Source: a virus. From it: a stretch of DNA of 64,000 nt. The notes under the pieces were generated by a model that saw only the letters and a list, made by a program, of their open reading frames with translations, was not told the DNA's origin and searched no databases. The stretch lies in the IMG/VR virus record IMGVR_UViG_3300027708_000032, positions 1 to 64,000 of that record; one strand, written 5' to 3'. A program made the translations under genes and the position numbers. The first letter of the stretch is position 1, and each line of letters opens with the position of its first letter. Shown in pieces: positions 36,087 to 46,113 of the stretch.

Positions 36087-37193
36087 ATGAGTAAAAGAGA
36101 TGACATCCAGAAAGAAGCTCTGGAAATAACACAGAAGCATAAACGCTGTGGTTTGGGAGTAAGTATGGGTGTTGGTAAAACTCTTATTGGACTTAAGTAT
36201 ATTAATAGGTTACAGGGACAAAATATGGGGATGCTTAGGGTGCTAGTTGTAGCACCCAAGCTCTCTATATTTAAATCTTGGACAGATGATGCTGAAAAGT
36301 TCAATATAGACATTACTAATATAGAGTTTACCACTTATCTCTCTTTATATAAACAAAACCCACACGCTTATGATGTAGTTGTATTAGACGAGTGTCATAG
36401 TTTACTATCTAGTTCTCTTGTATTTCTTGAGAACTACAGAGGTAGAATACTAGGACTAACGGGTACGCCACCACGACATAATAATTCAGAGAAAGGAATT
36501 TTAGTAGCTAAGTATTGTCCTATAGTTTATAAGTATATTACAGATGATGCTGTAGATGATGACATATTAAATGATTATAGAATCATCGTACACAGGATGC
36601 CGTTATCTCATGCTAATACATTACATGTAAAGCTTAAAGATAAAGACTTCTGGACATCAGAATCTAAGAACTATGCTTATTGGACACAAAGGATAATGCA
36701 GGCTAATACTAAAAAGCAAGAGCAGATAGCATCTATCATGCGTATGAAAGCTATTATGGGCTTTAAGACTAAAGAAGATTACACCAAGAAACTGTTAGAA
36801 GATATAGAAGACAAATGCATAGTGTTTTGTAATACACAAGACCAAGCAGACTACATGTGTAGTCACTCCTATCATTCTAATAATCCAGAGTCTGAAGAGA
36901 ACTTAGATATGTTCAAGCATGGTAAGATAGATAAACTATCTTGTGTACTACAGCTCAACGAAGGTGTAAATATACCAGAGCTTAGAGCAGGTATAATTAT
37001 GCATGCATATGGTAATGAGCGTAAAAGCTCTCAGCGTATTGGTAGACTACTTAGACTTAACCCTACAGAAACAGCTATAGTGCATATACTTTGTTATAGA
37101 GACACTGTAGATGATAGATGGGTGACAGAAGCTCTTAAAGACTTTGATCAGAAGAAAATTAAATATTTTGATATAGATGATACTATCAGGTAA
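36087..37193 (+). CDS. SF2 (DExH) helicase
   Basis: MGVGKT, DECH, LTGTP, LNEGVNIP, QRIGRLLR; likely start MSKRDD (36087). Confidence 0.9.
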   Translation: MSKRDDIQKEALEITQKHKRCGLGVSMGVGKTLIGLKYINRLQGQNMGMLRVLVVAPKLSIFKSWTDDAEKFNIDITNIEFTTYLSLYKQNPHAYDVVVLDECHSLLSSSLVFLENYRGRILGLTGTPPRHNNSEKGILVAKYCPIVYKYITDDAVDDDILNDYRIIVHRMPLSHANTLHVKLKDKDFWTSESKNYAYWTQRIMQANTKKQEQIASIMRMKAIMGFKTKEDYTKKLLEDIEDKCIVFCNTQDQADYMCSHSYHSNNPESEENLDMFKHGKIDKLSCVLQLNEGVNIPELRAGIIMHAYGNERKSSQRIGRLLRLNPTETAIVHILCYRDTVDDRWVTEALKDFDQKKIKYFDIDDTIR

Positions 37194-37566
37194 ATATAGA
37201 AAGGAAAGAGGTTTATTAAAACCTTTGACAATAGGTAGTATGAAACAGTACGAACAGTTTGTTTCTCATTTAGAAGATGGAGCTATTGTAGAGTTTTTCT
37301 ACGAAGTACAACATGATGATGGTACGCTACCACAGTTAGCTAAGCTTCACGCTATGATTAAACAACTAGCCACACATATTGGTGAGACAGCAGAGAACAT
37401 GAAGCTGCTGATAAAAGACAGAGCTGGACTTTGTATAGCAAGAGAAGTGTCTGGTAGAGAATACTTCTTGGCTAAAAGCTTTGGAGAATGTTCTAGAGAA
37501 GAACTATCTCTGGCTATACAAGCAGCTATTGAAATTGGTGAGCAGATTAACTTTCCCTTGGGATGA
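37177..37566 (+). CDS. possible NinB/Orf-like recombination protein
   Basis: TLPQLAKLHAMIKQLA...KSFGECSREELS pattern. Confidence 0.4.
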   Translation: MILSGKYRKERGLLKPLTIGSMKQYEQFVSHLEDGAIVEFFYEVQHDDGTLPQLAKLHAMIKQLATHIGETAENMKLLIKDRAGLCIAREVSGREYFLAKSFGECSREELSLAIQAAIEIGEQINFPLG

Positions 37567-37837
37567 TTGTATCCGATATATCTCCTTCATAAGTGAAACC
37601 TTGCTCTTCTGCTTTAGTTTCTATCTCTTTAAGAAGAATAGATAGGGTAGTAAGATGTTCCATCCATGGTTCTGTAAGCTCTTCATTTTTTTCGTTAAGC
37701 TTTTTATACAGTTCCATATCTTCAGGTGTAAGATCCATTGTCATGTACAACAACATCTTCTGCAATTTCTGAAGAAAACCTGTACCAATCTTGATGTCTA
37801 TTACAGCATCATGTTTAATCATCTTTACTTTTTCCAT
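37547..37837 (-). CDS. hypothetical protein, lone minus-strand gene
   Basis: Likely start MEKVKMIK (37837); TAAATTTG upstream on the minus strand. Confidence 0.6.
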   Translation of the reverse strand: MEKVKMIKHDAVIDIKIGTGFLQKLQKMLLYMTMDLTPEDMELYKKLNEKNEELTEPWMEHLTTLSILLKEIETKAEEQGFTYEGDISDTIIPRES

Positions 37838-37873
37838 GTGGTATATTTTTGTAACAAATTTAACTGTAAAATT

Positions 37874-38596
37874 GTGACAGACCAAATAAATTTAGAAGAC
37901 GTAAAACTAAAGCTAGTAGAACGTTTACAACCATCAGGTTGGGCTAGTAAGCTTAAGGGTTTTGTTCAAAGCTCTGACTTTGATAAAATCCTAGAAACAT
38001 TATATAAACTAAGAGAAGACGGTAAACGTTTTACTCCTCCTCTTAAACAAGTGTTTAGAGCATTTGAAGAGTGTCCACATGATAAACTAAAAGTTATCAT
38101 GATAGGACAAGACCCCTATCCACATTTTGGTGTAGCTGATGGTTTAGCTTTCTCTTGTAGTAATACAGGTAAGGCACAACCAAGTCTTGCTAAAATGCTT
38201 GAGAACATAGATAATACAGTGTATACTTCTGAGTTCCCTCCACGGGAGCATGATGTAGATCTTACACGTTGGGCAAACCAGGGTGTGTTATTATTAAACA
38301 CAGCTCTAACATGTCAAGTGGACAAAGTAGGATCTCACTATGCTGTATGGCATGAGTTTATTATGTACACCTTAGATATATTAAACTTTACAGACACAGG
38401 ACTAATCTTTGTCCTAATGGGAAAACAAGCACAAGAACTAGAGGGTATGATTGGAGAACATCATCATATCATTAAGACCACACATCCAGCGTATGCTAGT
38501 TATACTAAGCAACCATGGGACAGTGGTAACATGTTCAATGAAGTAAACAAAATTATTAACGGACAGAACGGTCCATCATTTAAAATTACCTGGTAA
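37874..38596 (+). CDS. ung: uracil-DNA glycosylase, family 1
   Basis: GQDPYP, GLAFS, QPSL, WANQGVLLLN, HPAY; likely GTG start at 37874. Confidence 0.92.
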   Translation: MTDQINLEDVKLKLVERLQPSGWASKLKGFVQSSDFDKILETLYKLREDGKRFTPPLKQVFRAFEECPHDKLKVIMIGQDPYPHFGVADGLAFSCSNTGKAQPSLAKMLENIDNTVYTSEFPPREHDVDLTRWANQGVLLLNTALTCQVDKVGSHYAVWHEFIMYTLDILNFTDTGLIFVLMGKQAQELEGMIGEHHHIIKTTHPAYASYTKQPWDSGNMFNEVNKIINGQNGPSFKITW

Positions 38597-38943
38597 TGGC
38601 TATCAACAAAGTAGATTTAACGGTCTCTCAGATTATTAATGACCTAAACACAGGTTTAACATGGTTCAAGAAAGATGATCTTGGCTATGGTTCTATAGAA
38701 ACTAAGTATGGTGCTAATGCTCCACAGATTATGGCTATTAGAAAGCACCCATCTCTTAAAGATGCTGAGACTACTATTACAATCTTTAACATTATAGACG
38801 ACACTAAGAATGAAAATAGCTCCTCCACAGAATCCTCAGCTACAAGGACAAGTAGTGATATGGAACAACCAAAATTGGATTTGGTATGTGAGCCTACAAA
38901 GGTGGGTTCAAATGAAGCAGCAGACATCTTCGCAAACCTCTAA
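38596..38943 (+). CDS. hypothetical protein
   Basis: TAATG coupling with ung. Confidence 0.6.
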   Translation: MAINKVDLTVSQIINDLNTGLTWFKKDDLGYGSIETKYGANAPQIMAIRKHPSLKDAETTITIFNIIDDTKNENSSSTESSATRTSSDMEQPKLDLVCEPTKVGSNEAADIFANL

Positions 38944-38947
38944 TAAT

Positions 38948-40516
38948 ATGGCAAGTAAAACAACAAGACCTAGTCCTTCACAAAGTGCTACATTATATCC
39001 TCCAGGTACAAAAATGACAGGTAATAATGGTGGACAATGGGTAGTAACACAAAATAGTAATGGTGTTAAAAGATGGGTATCTGCAGCTGGTGTAAAACCA
39101 CCAATACCAACTAGACCATTAGGATCAGGTTTTAATTATAAATTCCAAATTGGAGATAAAGTAAAAGTAGTAGAATCTGGATCAGGATGTGGTCCAGAAG
39201 ATTTTGATAAAGAAGTAGTTATTATAAGAAAAGGAAACTATGGTGGATATCCAGGATATGAAGTGGCACCACCTATAGGAAACAGTAAACCAATCAGCAA
39301 TGCTCATAGCTTTTATGATGGTATGATAGCAGAACACACATTTGAACTAGTAGAAGAACCAATTACAAAACCCCAACAACCAAAACCCATTACAATGGCT
39401 ACAGCAACCAAAACCATTACGAGAAAAACGACACAAGAGGTTCGTAGTATTGAAACTTCCTTGATCAATAAGGAAGAAGTATTTAAGATGCTAGCGTTAG
39501 CAGAAGCTACAGGATTACCACTATTGTTAGTAGGTGAGCCAGGTGTAGCAAAGACAAAAACTATTATAGACTATGCTAAGGCATGGTTGAACAAGGACGG
39601 TAAGATGACAGAACAAGATTTCATGAACAAGATTTATGTTCTAGAGACTGACGAGGGTACTAAAGCATCAGAGATCAAGGGTATGCCAGATCTTGAAAGG
39701 TTATTTACAGATAACAAGTATGATCTTAACACTCCTATTGCAGATGCAGAGATAGTAGTTATCAACGAGGTGGACAAAGCTAGTTCAGCTATTAGAAATG
39801 CAATGCTAGGTGTTATGAACGAGAAGTTCTTGTTTAACGGTAAGCATAAGATTCCATGTAAATGGAAGCTGTTTGTAGCCACTTGTAATGAAATCCCTAA
39901 AGAAGAGGCTAACAGTCCTTTCTGGGATAGATTTATGCTAAAGATGACGGTTAACCGTGTATCTGCAGGTGAGATGGCTAAGTATTATGAGAAGGGTGCA
40001 CGTAACTACAAAGAGAACTTTAAGATTGGTATTCCTAACAAGGCAGAGATTGCTGGTGTAGAAATTCCAACTAAAAAGCTTGAGAAGTATTTAGAAGTGG
40101 GTTATGCTAAGAGTTCAGATCGTACTCTTACGTTTGTACCTAATCTAACTAGAGCTGTAAGCTATATATGGGATATCTCTGTAGATAAGTCCTTAGTAAA
40201 GACTGCTCAGATTATGATTGACCAGACAGCAGGTTCTGAACTACAGAATAAGCTTATGTCAGCAGAAGTTAAGGCAGTGATGTCTAAGGTGGAGATGTTA
40301 CATTCTCATAGTAATAATGAAGCTCTTGAGCTAGCAGTGGCTGAGATAGAAAGCTTGATTAATGCTTATGCTACAAGAGGTGTAATGGATATGGGACAAG
40401 TGGAAGAGATAGAACTATCTATGCAGTATATTTTACAGAACCATCCAGCTCGTAAAGACTATCAAACGTCTGAAGAGTTTGATGCTATGTTAGAGGATGC
40501 ACCATCTTTTCAATAG
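38948..40516 (+). CDS. MoxR/RavA-type AAA+ ATPase with extra N-terminal modules
   Basis: GEPGVAKT Walker A; VINEVDKA Walker B variant; ATCNEIP; FWDRF; adjacent VWA gene; alternative in-frame starts at 38810 and 39395. Confidence 0.85.
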   Translation: MASKTTRPSPSQSATLYPPGTKMTGNNGGQWVVTQNSNGVKRWVSAAGVKPPIPTRPLGSGFNYKFQIGDKVKVVESGSGCGPEDFDKEVVIIRKGNYGGYPGYEVAPPIGNSKPISNAHSFYDGMIAEHTFELVEEPITKPQQPKPITMATATKTITRKTTQEVRSIETSLINKEEVFKMLALAEATGLPLLLVGEPGVAKTKTIIDYAKAWLNKDGKMTEQDFMNKIYVLETDEGTKASEIKGMPDLERLFTDNKYDLNTPIADAEIVVINEVDKASSAIRNAMLGVMNEKFLFNGKHKIPCKWKLFVATCNEIPKEEANSPFWDRFMLKMTVNRVSAGEMAKYYEKGARNYKENFKIGIPNKAEIAGVEIPTKKLEKYLEVGYAKSSDRTLTFVPNLTRAVSYIWDISVDKSLVKTAQIMIDQTAGSELQNKLMSAEVKAVMSKVEMLHSHSNNEALELAVAEIESLINAYATRGVMDMGQVEEIELSMQYILQNHPARKDYQTSEEFDAMLEDAPSFQ

Positions 40517-40621
40517 GAGGTTTTCTTAAGCCAATGAACCCAGGGAGTGTAAATGCACTCTCTGGTGTTTCATTAGAAGATCTCGTAAGACAGGCTAATG
40601 AAAAAATTAAACAAAACCAAA

Positions 40622-42136
40622 ATGGCTCAAAAATATAGGAATGTATATACAATTCTTGAAAAAGTAAAGAAGGGTGAGATAGACACCTATTATAAAAAAG
40701 ATGATGGTGGTTTGTTTGGTAAGATAAACTTCTATAAGAAACCTGATTTAGTTAAACCACACATGCATTGGTTAGATGAGCATAAGATAGATGCTATCAT
40801 GGATGCTTATGTAACAGACGGTAAACTAGTTTCAGAGGAGTTTAGTAAGTTTGCAAAAACTGCAGACTATACTAAAAAGATTCCAGATGGTAAGAAACCA
40901 GATGCATCAACTTTTCATCAAAAGTTTTTAGATAACTACAGAAAGTTTCCTAAGCATATGATAAAGGACATTTTCAAGATGTACAACAACCCAATGGAAA
41001 AGTTGGAGTTTGAAGAGCGTACAGACAAGAACAACACTAAGTTTAAGTTCTTAGAGAATGCCAATAATCCAGTTGCTAAGATTATGTCTCAGGGTTCTAA
41101 TCTAAAGTCTGCAATCTTTGCTCGTAATATTCTAGCAAACTACATTATGAGAATGACTATGCTAGACTATGTAGATCCAGATGCATCTGAAAGTATTAAG
41201 AAAGGGCTCAACGGAGCTTCTGACTTTGATACTAAAGATGCTGCTGAAGCTGTAGATGATATGTGTAATAGTACACAAGCTAAGAAAGCTATGGAAGATG
41301 CTATTAATAAAGCTACAGAGCTTTGTAAGAACATGGATGACGCTATGGATGAAGATATACAAGAACAAATGTTTGACAACGCCACAGAACATGGAGAAAA
41401 CTGTTCTGCAGGTGATATTAGTCCAAACTATATCAAACAAGTTACTTCTAGACTAGAAAACATAAAGCTTTCTATGGGATCTGTTAAAGAGAAACTTAAA
41501 AAACTATTGGATAAGTCTGCTAGTTATTTCAGTTCTAGACAACAAGTTACATACGATGACTTGTTTAACTCAGATAACATAGCAGGGCTAGAAGACTATG
41601 AACTACTACATCCAAAGCTTAGAAAGATCTTTGCAGAAGATCTACAAGTGAAAGAAACCAAGTCTATAGGTAAGATAGATGTCTATATAGATATCTCTGG
41701 TTCTATGGACAGTGGTTGTGGTATTGAAAATAGTCAAGGAAATAGTATTACTAGACTAGACTTTTGTAAATCTATGGTAGTTAAACTATCTCAGATGGAC
41801 ATGCTTAATGATGTATATGTATTTAACAACAGGGTAAAGAAGTACAAGAAAGATCCTGTTAGTATTTCTATGCTAGACATAAGCGGTGGTACAACCATCG
41901 ATGCTGCTGTCAAAAGTATAGAAAGAAATGGTGTTAATGCTATTGTTCTCACTGACGCAGAAGATCATTGTAATACATATTCTGAAAAAGCATTCTTCAT
42001 TGGCCTACAAGGAGCTAATTTTAACTACTTCCAAGAAGATGTTATTAAACAGTATTCTGAAAAAGATCAAGTTATTGTATTTGACGGACATACCATTAAG
42101 TATGTAAATGAGAATGGATACGTTGTAAAAGATTAG
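40622..42136 (+). CDS. VWA-domain protein (MoxR partner)
   Basis: MIDAS DISGSM, GGTTID, LTDAED. Confidence 0.85.
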   Translation: MAQKYRNVYTILEKVKKGEIDTYYKKDDGGLFGKINFYKKPDLVKPHMHWLDEHKIDAIMDAYVTDGKLVSEEFSKFAKTADYTKKIPDGKKPDASTFHQKFLDNYRKFPKHMIKDIFKMYNNPMEKLEFEERTDKNNTKFKFLENANNPVAKIMSQGSNLKSAIFARNILANYIMRMTMLDYVDPDASESIKKGLNGASDFDTKDAAEAVDDMCNSTQAKKAMEDAINKATELCKNMDDAMDEDIQEQMFDNATEHGENCSAGDISPNYIKQVTSRLENIKLSMGSVKEKLKKLLDKSASYFSSRQQVTYDDLFNSDNIAGLEDYELLHPKLRKIFAEDLQVKETKSIGKIDVYIDISGSMDSGCGIENSQGNSITRLDFCKSMVVKLSQMDMLNDVYVFNNRVKKYKKDPVSISMLDISGGTTIDAAVKSIERNGVNAIVLTDAEDHCNTYSEKAFFIGLQGANFNYFQEDVIKQYSEKDQVIVFDGHTIKYVNENGYVVKD

Positions 42137-42161
42137 GGTTTACGGGGAACGGAAACATAAA

Positions 42162-42212
42162 GCCCCTGTAGAAATACAGGGGCCTCTTTCCTATATAAGG
42201 ACTATATAGGAA
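42162..42212. terminator. tandem hairpins at a convergent junction
   Basis: GCCCCTGTA-GAAA-TACAGGGGC and TTCCTATATA-AGGAC-TATATAGGAA. Confidence 0.7.
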
Positions 42213-42223
42213 TATATAGAGGG

Positions 42224-42346
42224 TTAGCGTCCTTGTCCTACGTATTTCTTAGGTCTAGGGTTATGCTTATTAAAGCTCTTCTTAGCAGATCCTGACTTAC
42301 GTCTACCAAATGTAACCTTTCTAAGATCTCCTGCTGATTTTGCCAT
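42224..42346 (-). CDS. 40-aa basic peptide ending KKYVGQGR
   Basis: Manual translation MAKSAGDLRKVTFGRRKSGSAKKSFNKHNPRPKKYVGQGR. Confidence 0.7.
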   Translation of the reverse strand: MAKSAGDLRKVTFGRRKSGSAKKSFNKHNPRPKKYVGQGR

Positions 42347-42351
42347 TATTA

Positions 42352-43023
42352 TTATTTTAAGTCAAACAGAATTATTTCAGATTCTGCTGTAGGTATTATT
42401 TCTATTTTGTTTTCTTCTGTAAAACTTAGTCCATCTCCTTCTATTAACTTATAACCATTAATAGTTAGCTCACCTGATATAACGTATAGATAATAGCTCC
42501 GTGCATTATCTATTTCAAACGTATACTCTTCTGTAAAAATACCAGCTAGAAATCTAGCATCTTGTTTTATTGGTAGTTTCTCAGTGATGTTACAGAACTT
42601 GTTTAGTTTATCTTCTCTAGTAAACTGATGCCACTCATGTATTGGTTCAGTGTCTAATACATTAGGTCTTACCCACAGCTGTAAATACCTATTAGGTGTA
42701 TCTGATGCATTACCTTCTGTATGTTTTATACCACTACCAGCACTCATTCTTTGTACAGCACCAGCAGGTATATCTAAAACAGCACCATGACTATCTGTAT
42801 GTCTACATACACCCTCTACAACATACCCAAAGATTTCCATGTTCTTGTGTTCATGTATTGGAACATGACCACCTGGTTGCACCCTGTCATCATTAATAGT
42901 TTGCAGATCACTAAAGTGAATATACTTTCTATCAAAGTATCCAGGAAAGCTAAATGTTCTAAAAGAACTAATCCAGCTAGCTCTTGGGTTTCCTCTAGTA
43001 TGTGCAGGTCTATGCTTTATCAT
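42352..43023 (-). CDS. pirin family protein (YhhW-like)
   Basis: TFSFPGYFD, INDDRV, HEHKNMEI, HTDSHG, VQRMSAGSGIKHTE, LQLW. Confidence 0.9.
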   Translation of the reverse strand: MIKHRPAHTRGNPRASWISSFRTFSFPGYFDRKYIHFSDLQTINDDRVQPGGHVPIHEHKNMEIFGYVVEGVCRHTDSHGAVLDIPAGAVQRMSAGSGIKHTEGNASDTPNRYLQLWVRPNVLDTEPIHEWHQFTREDKLNKFCNITEKLPIKQDARFLAGIFTEEYTFEIDNARSYYLYVISGELTINGYKLIEGDGLSFTEENKIEIIPTAESEIILFDLK

Positions 43024-43547
43024 GCCTCATTTACAGATATATCACCACCAATAGAAATAATTATTTTTCTAACATTGTCAGGTTGTAGATTATAAGCTGG
43101 TCTTCTAGCTTGTGAAAGTCTAGACTTTAAAATTCTTTTAATACACACTTTATTATCTTGGTTACCACCAAGTACATGATATGTTGTAGCATCTTCTGCT
43201 ACATATATCCCAACGTGTCCACCACCTTTTCTTGTGAATGTAACAACATCACCAAGCATAGGAGCTGACACCTTTACACCGAAATTATTCCAGTTGAGAG
43301 CACCAAGTGGGTTTAAAACCACAGGTCTTTCAGCTCTTTTCATAACTACAGCTATGTATAACCCACACCATGGAATTTCATCAGCTGTATATATACCACT
43401 AAGTCCTAACTCTTTAGCCCATCCAAGTATAACAGGGTTATGTTTAGAACCTACCACTTCTTGTGTACCATAAAGCTCAATAGCTTTTAGAAGATGCCGT
43501 GGAGCATCTTCTAAAGCTAGCCATTGATATGTTTGGGGTAGTTTCAT
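43020..43547 (-). CDS. TIGR02594-type NlpC/P60 peptidoglycan hydrolase (candidate endolysin)
   Basis: DEIPWCG, GDVVTFTRKGGGHVG, LGGNQ. Confidence 0.85.
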   Translation of the reverse strand: MKLPQTYQWLALEDAPRHLLKAIELYGTQEVVGSKHNPVILGWAKELGLSGIYTADEIPWCGLYIAVVMKRAERPVVLNPLGALNWNNFGVKVSAPMLGDVVTFTRKGGGHVGIYVAEDATTYHVLGGNQDNKVCIKRILKSRLSQARRPAYNLQPDNVRKIIISIGGDISVNEA

Positions 43548-43948
43548 TTCTTATTTAATTTTTTAATTTCTTTTAAGATCTTACTATGATCTTCTATAGC
43601 TTTTCTATCAAGCTTTAAATCTTCTTCAAGTTTCATAAGAAGAACTAATACAGCTTGTAATAACTCTTTAGAATCTTCATCAACCTCAAGATCTTTTTTC
43701 ATATGTTCTCTATCTTTCTCAGCTTGTCTATTACCTGACATAAGAATCATAGGTGTAGCATAAGCTGCTTGTGCTGATAGAAACAAGTTCATTAATATAA
43801 AAGGATATGGATCAAAATCTACAACATTGTCTAAATTAATCAGCATCCATACTATAAGTATCACTGATTGTAAAATTATAAATGTCCAGCTTCCTACAAA
43901 GCTAGCTATGTTGTCAGCTAGATTTATTCCAAATTCTTTTAGTTTCAT
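43544..43948 (-). CDS. DUF1003 membrane protein
   Basis: GSWTFI...FDPYPFILMNLFLSAQAAYATPMILMSGNRQ. Confidence 0.85.
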   Translation of the reverse strand: MKLKEFGINLADNIASFVGSWTFIILQSVILIVWMLINLDNVVDFDPYPFILMNLFLSAQAAYATPMILMSGNRQAEKDREHMKKDLEVDEDSKELLQAVLVLLMKLEEDLKLDRKAIEDHSKILKEIKKLNKK

Positions 43949-45648
43949 TGTACAATAAATTTAACCACTGTACGTTTGTTATTTATAATATAATAGAGAG
44001 CATACACACCACGCTCAAGATTTAAACTAAAGTCTTTGCTGAGTACACCATCCACACTTTTAATTCTTTCACTATACACTGTTCTACCAGTCATATCAAT
44101 AATGTTTACATTAGCATATGCTGTCTTAGTGATGGTACTTTGTACATTAAGTGTAAAGTTTCCATTATTAGGAATAGGATAGAGAGCAACTAAGTCTTTT
44201 TGTAAATCTTCTACACCTATTCTTGTTCCAAATGCACAATTAATATGTGTAAGTGTTTTAGATATTGGTGTACTAAGTGTACCACATAATGTAGTGGCTT
44301 TAGCTGTTAAAGGACCACCTGTGTAACCAGTGTTAAACTGAAGTGTTACAACAGAACTATCTGCATTAGCATATGTAAATGTTGTATTAGCTGGTTTAGT
44401 CCATCTAAAAGCTACCCCCGGAGGAATTGATACATTTGGAACAGCAGAGATTACAGAATATGTAGCACTGTTACCAATACATCCATTCCAAAATCCTGTA
44501 GATGAAGACATATCTAAAGGTTTAGATGGTGCCACTGCTAAACTCTTAGCTGCACTAACTATATTACAAGCACTTTGACATTTAACTGTAATAGCTCCTG
44601 TACTAAAAGTAGAACCAAATCTTATAGTGACAGAAGAACTATCTGTGTTAGCAGCTGTAATTGTGCTACCTACAGGAACTGTCCATCTAAATACACTATT
44701 AGCCACTTGAGAAGAAGTTGGAATAGCTGCACTTGTTGTATATGTAAATGTACTATTAGGACAAGGTGCTACAGAACCAACTATACTAACTGGAGCAGGA
44801 GGTAATGCTCTTGTAAAAGCTGATGACACTGTAGGAATACTTCCTGCATTATTACTTAATGTAAGATATACAGAACCTGCAGCTTTAATTGCAGCTGTAA
44901 TACTATTAGTACCTTGACCACTTGTTGCACTGATTATATAATTACCAGTACCTGATATACTCCAAGCATAATTAACACCACTTTCTACAGGAACAGAGAA
45001 TGTTCTTAAAGTGTCACATAGTCCAGAAACTGGAGTTTGTGTAATCACTTGTGTAGTTGGCACTGTAGCAGTTGGAGGAGGAGCTACATATTTAGTAGAA
45101 CTAAATGTTGTAGTGTATACATAATCCTGAGCTTCATTACCATTATTATTACCAGCCACTGCAGAAACATAAAACTTTACTTTACTTGGAGCTACACTTG
45201 GTGCATTCCATGTAAGTCCTGTGTATGTGTAGTTATTAGCCACTGTAGTAACAGCAGCATTAGCATGGCTTAATTCATATGTTGCACCACCAGCTGTTCC
45301 TTTAATAGAACTGTTAGCGTTAGTGCTAGTCCATGTACCAACAACAGTGTTAGTGGTTGTGTCTACAGCTTTAATAGCATATCCCCACACCTTTCTATCA
45401 GCTGTTCCATGAGCTATCTTAATACTAAAAGGGTAAGCTACACCTGCAGTGAATGTAGTAGGTAGGCCAGTGAGAGTGATGTTACCACCACCAGAGTTAA
45501 GACTATAGTCACCATGACAATTAGTACAGTTTCTTGTAGATCCTGTAGATGTTGGAGCCATAGTGTAACCTGTAGGACAGTTTGGATTGCTTAGTACAAA
45601 AGAAAAAGCAATAATAACAAAACTTAATAAGTACAATACTTTTTTCAT
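43945..45648 (-). CDS. secreted protein: CxxCH/Reeler-like N-domain, PKD-like repeats, T9SS type A C-terminal sorting domain
   Basis: Signal peptide; GYTMAP..CTNCHG; TWNAPS; repeated FRWT domains; LYPIPNNGNF...IIDMTGRTV...GVY...KFIVQ. Confidence 0.8.
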   Translation of the reverse strand: MKKVLYLLSFVIIAFSFVLSNPNCPTGYTMAPTSTGSTRNCTNCHGDYSLNSGGGNITLTGLPTTFTAGVAYPFSIKIAHGTADRKVWGYAIKAVDTTTNTVVGTWTSTNANSSIKGTAGGATYELSHANAAVTTVANNYTYTGLTWNAPSVAPSKVKFYVSAVAGNNNGNEAQDYVYTTTFSSTKYVAPPPTATVPTTQVITQTPVSGLCDTLRTFSVPVESGVNYAWSISGTGNYIISATSGQGTNSITAAIKAAGSVYLTLSNNAGSIPTVSSAFTRALPPAPVSIVGSVAPCPNSTFTYTTSAAIPTSSQVANSVFRWTVPVGSTITAANTDSSSVTIRFGSTFSTGAITVKCQSACNIVSAAKSLAVAPSKPLDMSSSTGFWNGCIGNSATYSVISAVPNVSIPPGVAFRWTKPANTTFTYANADSSVVTLQFNTGYTGGPLTAKATTLCGTLSTPISKTLTHINCAFGTRIGVEDLQKDLVALYPIPNNGNFTLNVQSTITKTAYANVNIIDMTGRTVYSERIKSVDGVLSKDFSLNLERGVYALYYIINNKRTVVKFIVQ

Positions 45649-45649
45649 A

Positions 45650-46108
45650 TTACATTTTTTTTATGTAGAGATCTCTATAATGTAGCATTTCCCCTGTAAG
45701 AATAAATGCTCCTCCAATTAGAACAATATCCCAAAGAGTATTCTTCACTTGGTTCTTTCTATATTTTTTAGAAAGAATATTAAAGTTATTTTCTAAAGGA
45801 GCATATGCACCTTTATACATATTAACTTGTTCTGTAAGGTTCTTAACTTGATCTTTTAAGTTAGTTTCTGAAGATTTGTATAAGTCTATAGCATTCATCT
45901 GATCAAACACTTGTCTTTTTAACAATGCTGATTCAGTGGATGTAACAGATAACAAAGCTTTAGCAGAGTCACCAATTAAAAGATCTGTTTGAATACTTTT
46001 AATGACAGGATAAGGGATGCAAACATCCCTCACCGTGTCAGTATTCTTTTGAGCATTACAAATAAATGCTAAAACTAATAGTAAGATTGTAGTTGTTGAT
46101 TTTTTCAT
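45650..46108 (-). CDS. signal-peptide coiled-coil protein (spanin-like candidate)
   Basis: N-terminal signal, coiled coil, C-terminal hydrophobic helix; lysis context. Confidence 0.45.
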   Translation of the reverse strand: MKKSTTTILLLVLAFICNAQKNTDTVRDVCIPYPVIKSIQTDLLIGDSAKALLSVTSTESALLKRQVFDQMNAIDLYKSSETNLKDQVKNLTEQVNMYKGAYAPLENNFNILSKKYRKNQVKNTLWDIVLIGGAFILTGEMLHYRDLYIKKM

Positions 46109-46113
46109 ATAAA

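Noticed and set aside
37655-37873. 73-aa N-terminal extension of UDG in the ORF track
   Set aside because: It is the antisense shadow of gene 37547-37837; the GTG at 37874 gives a normal-sized UDG
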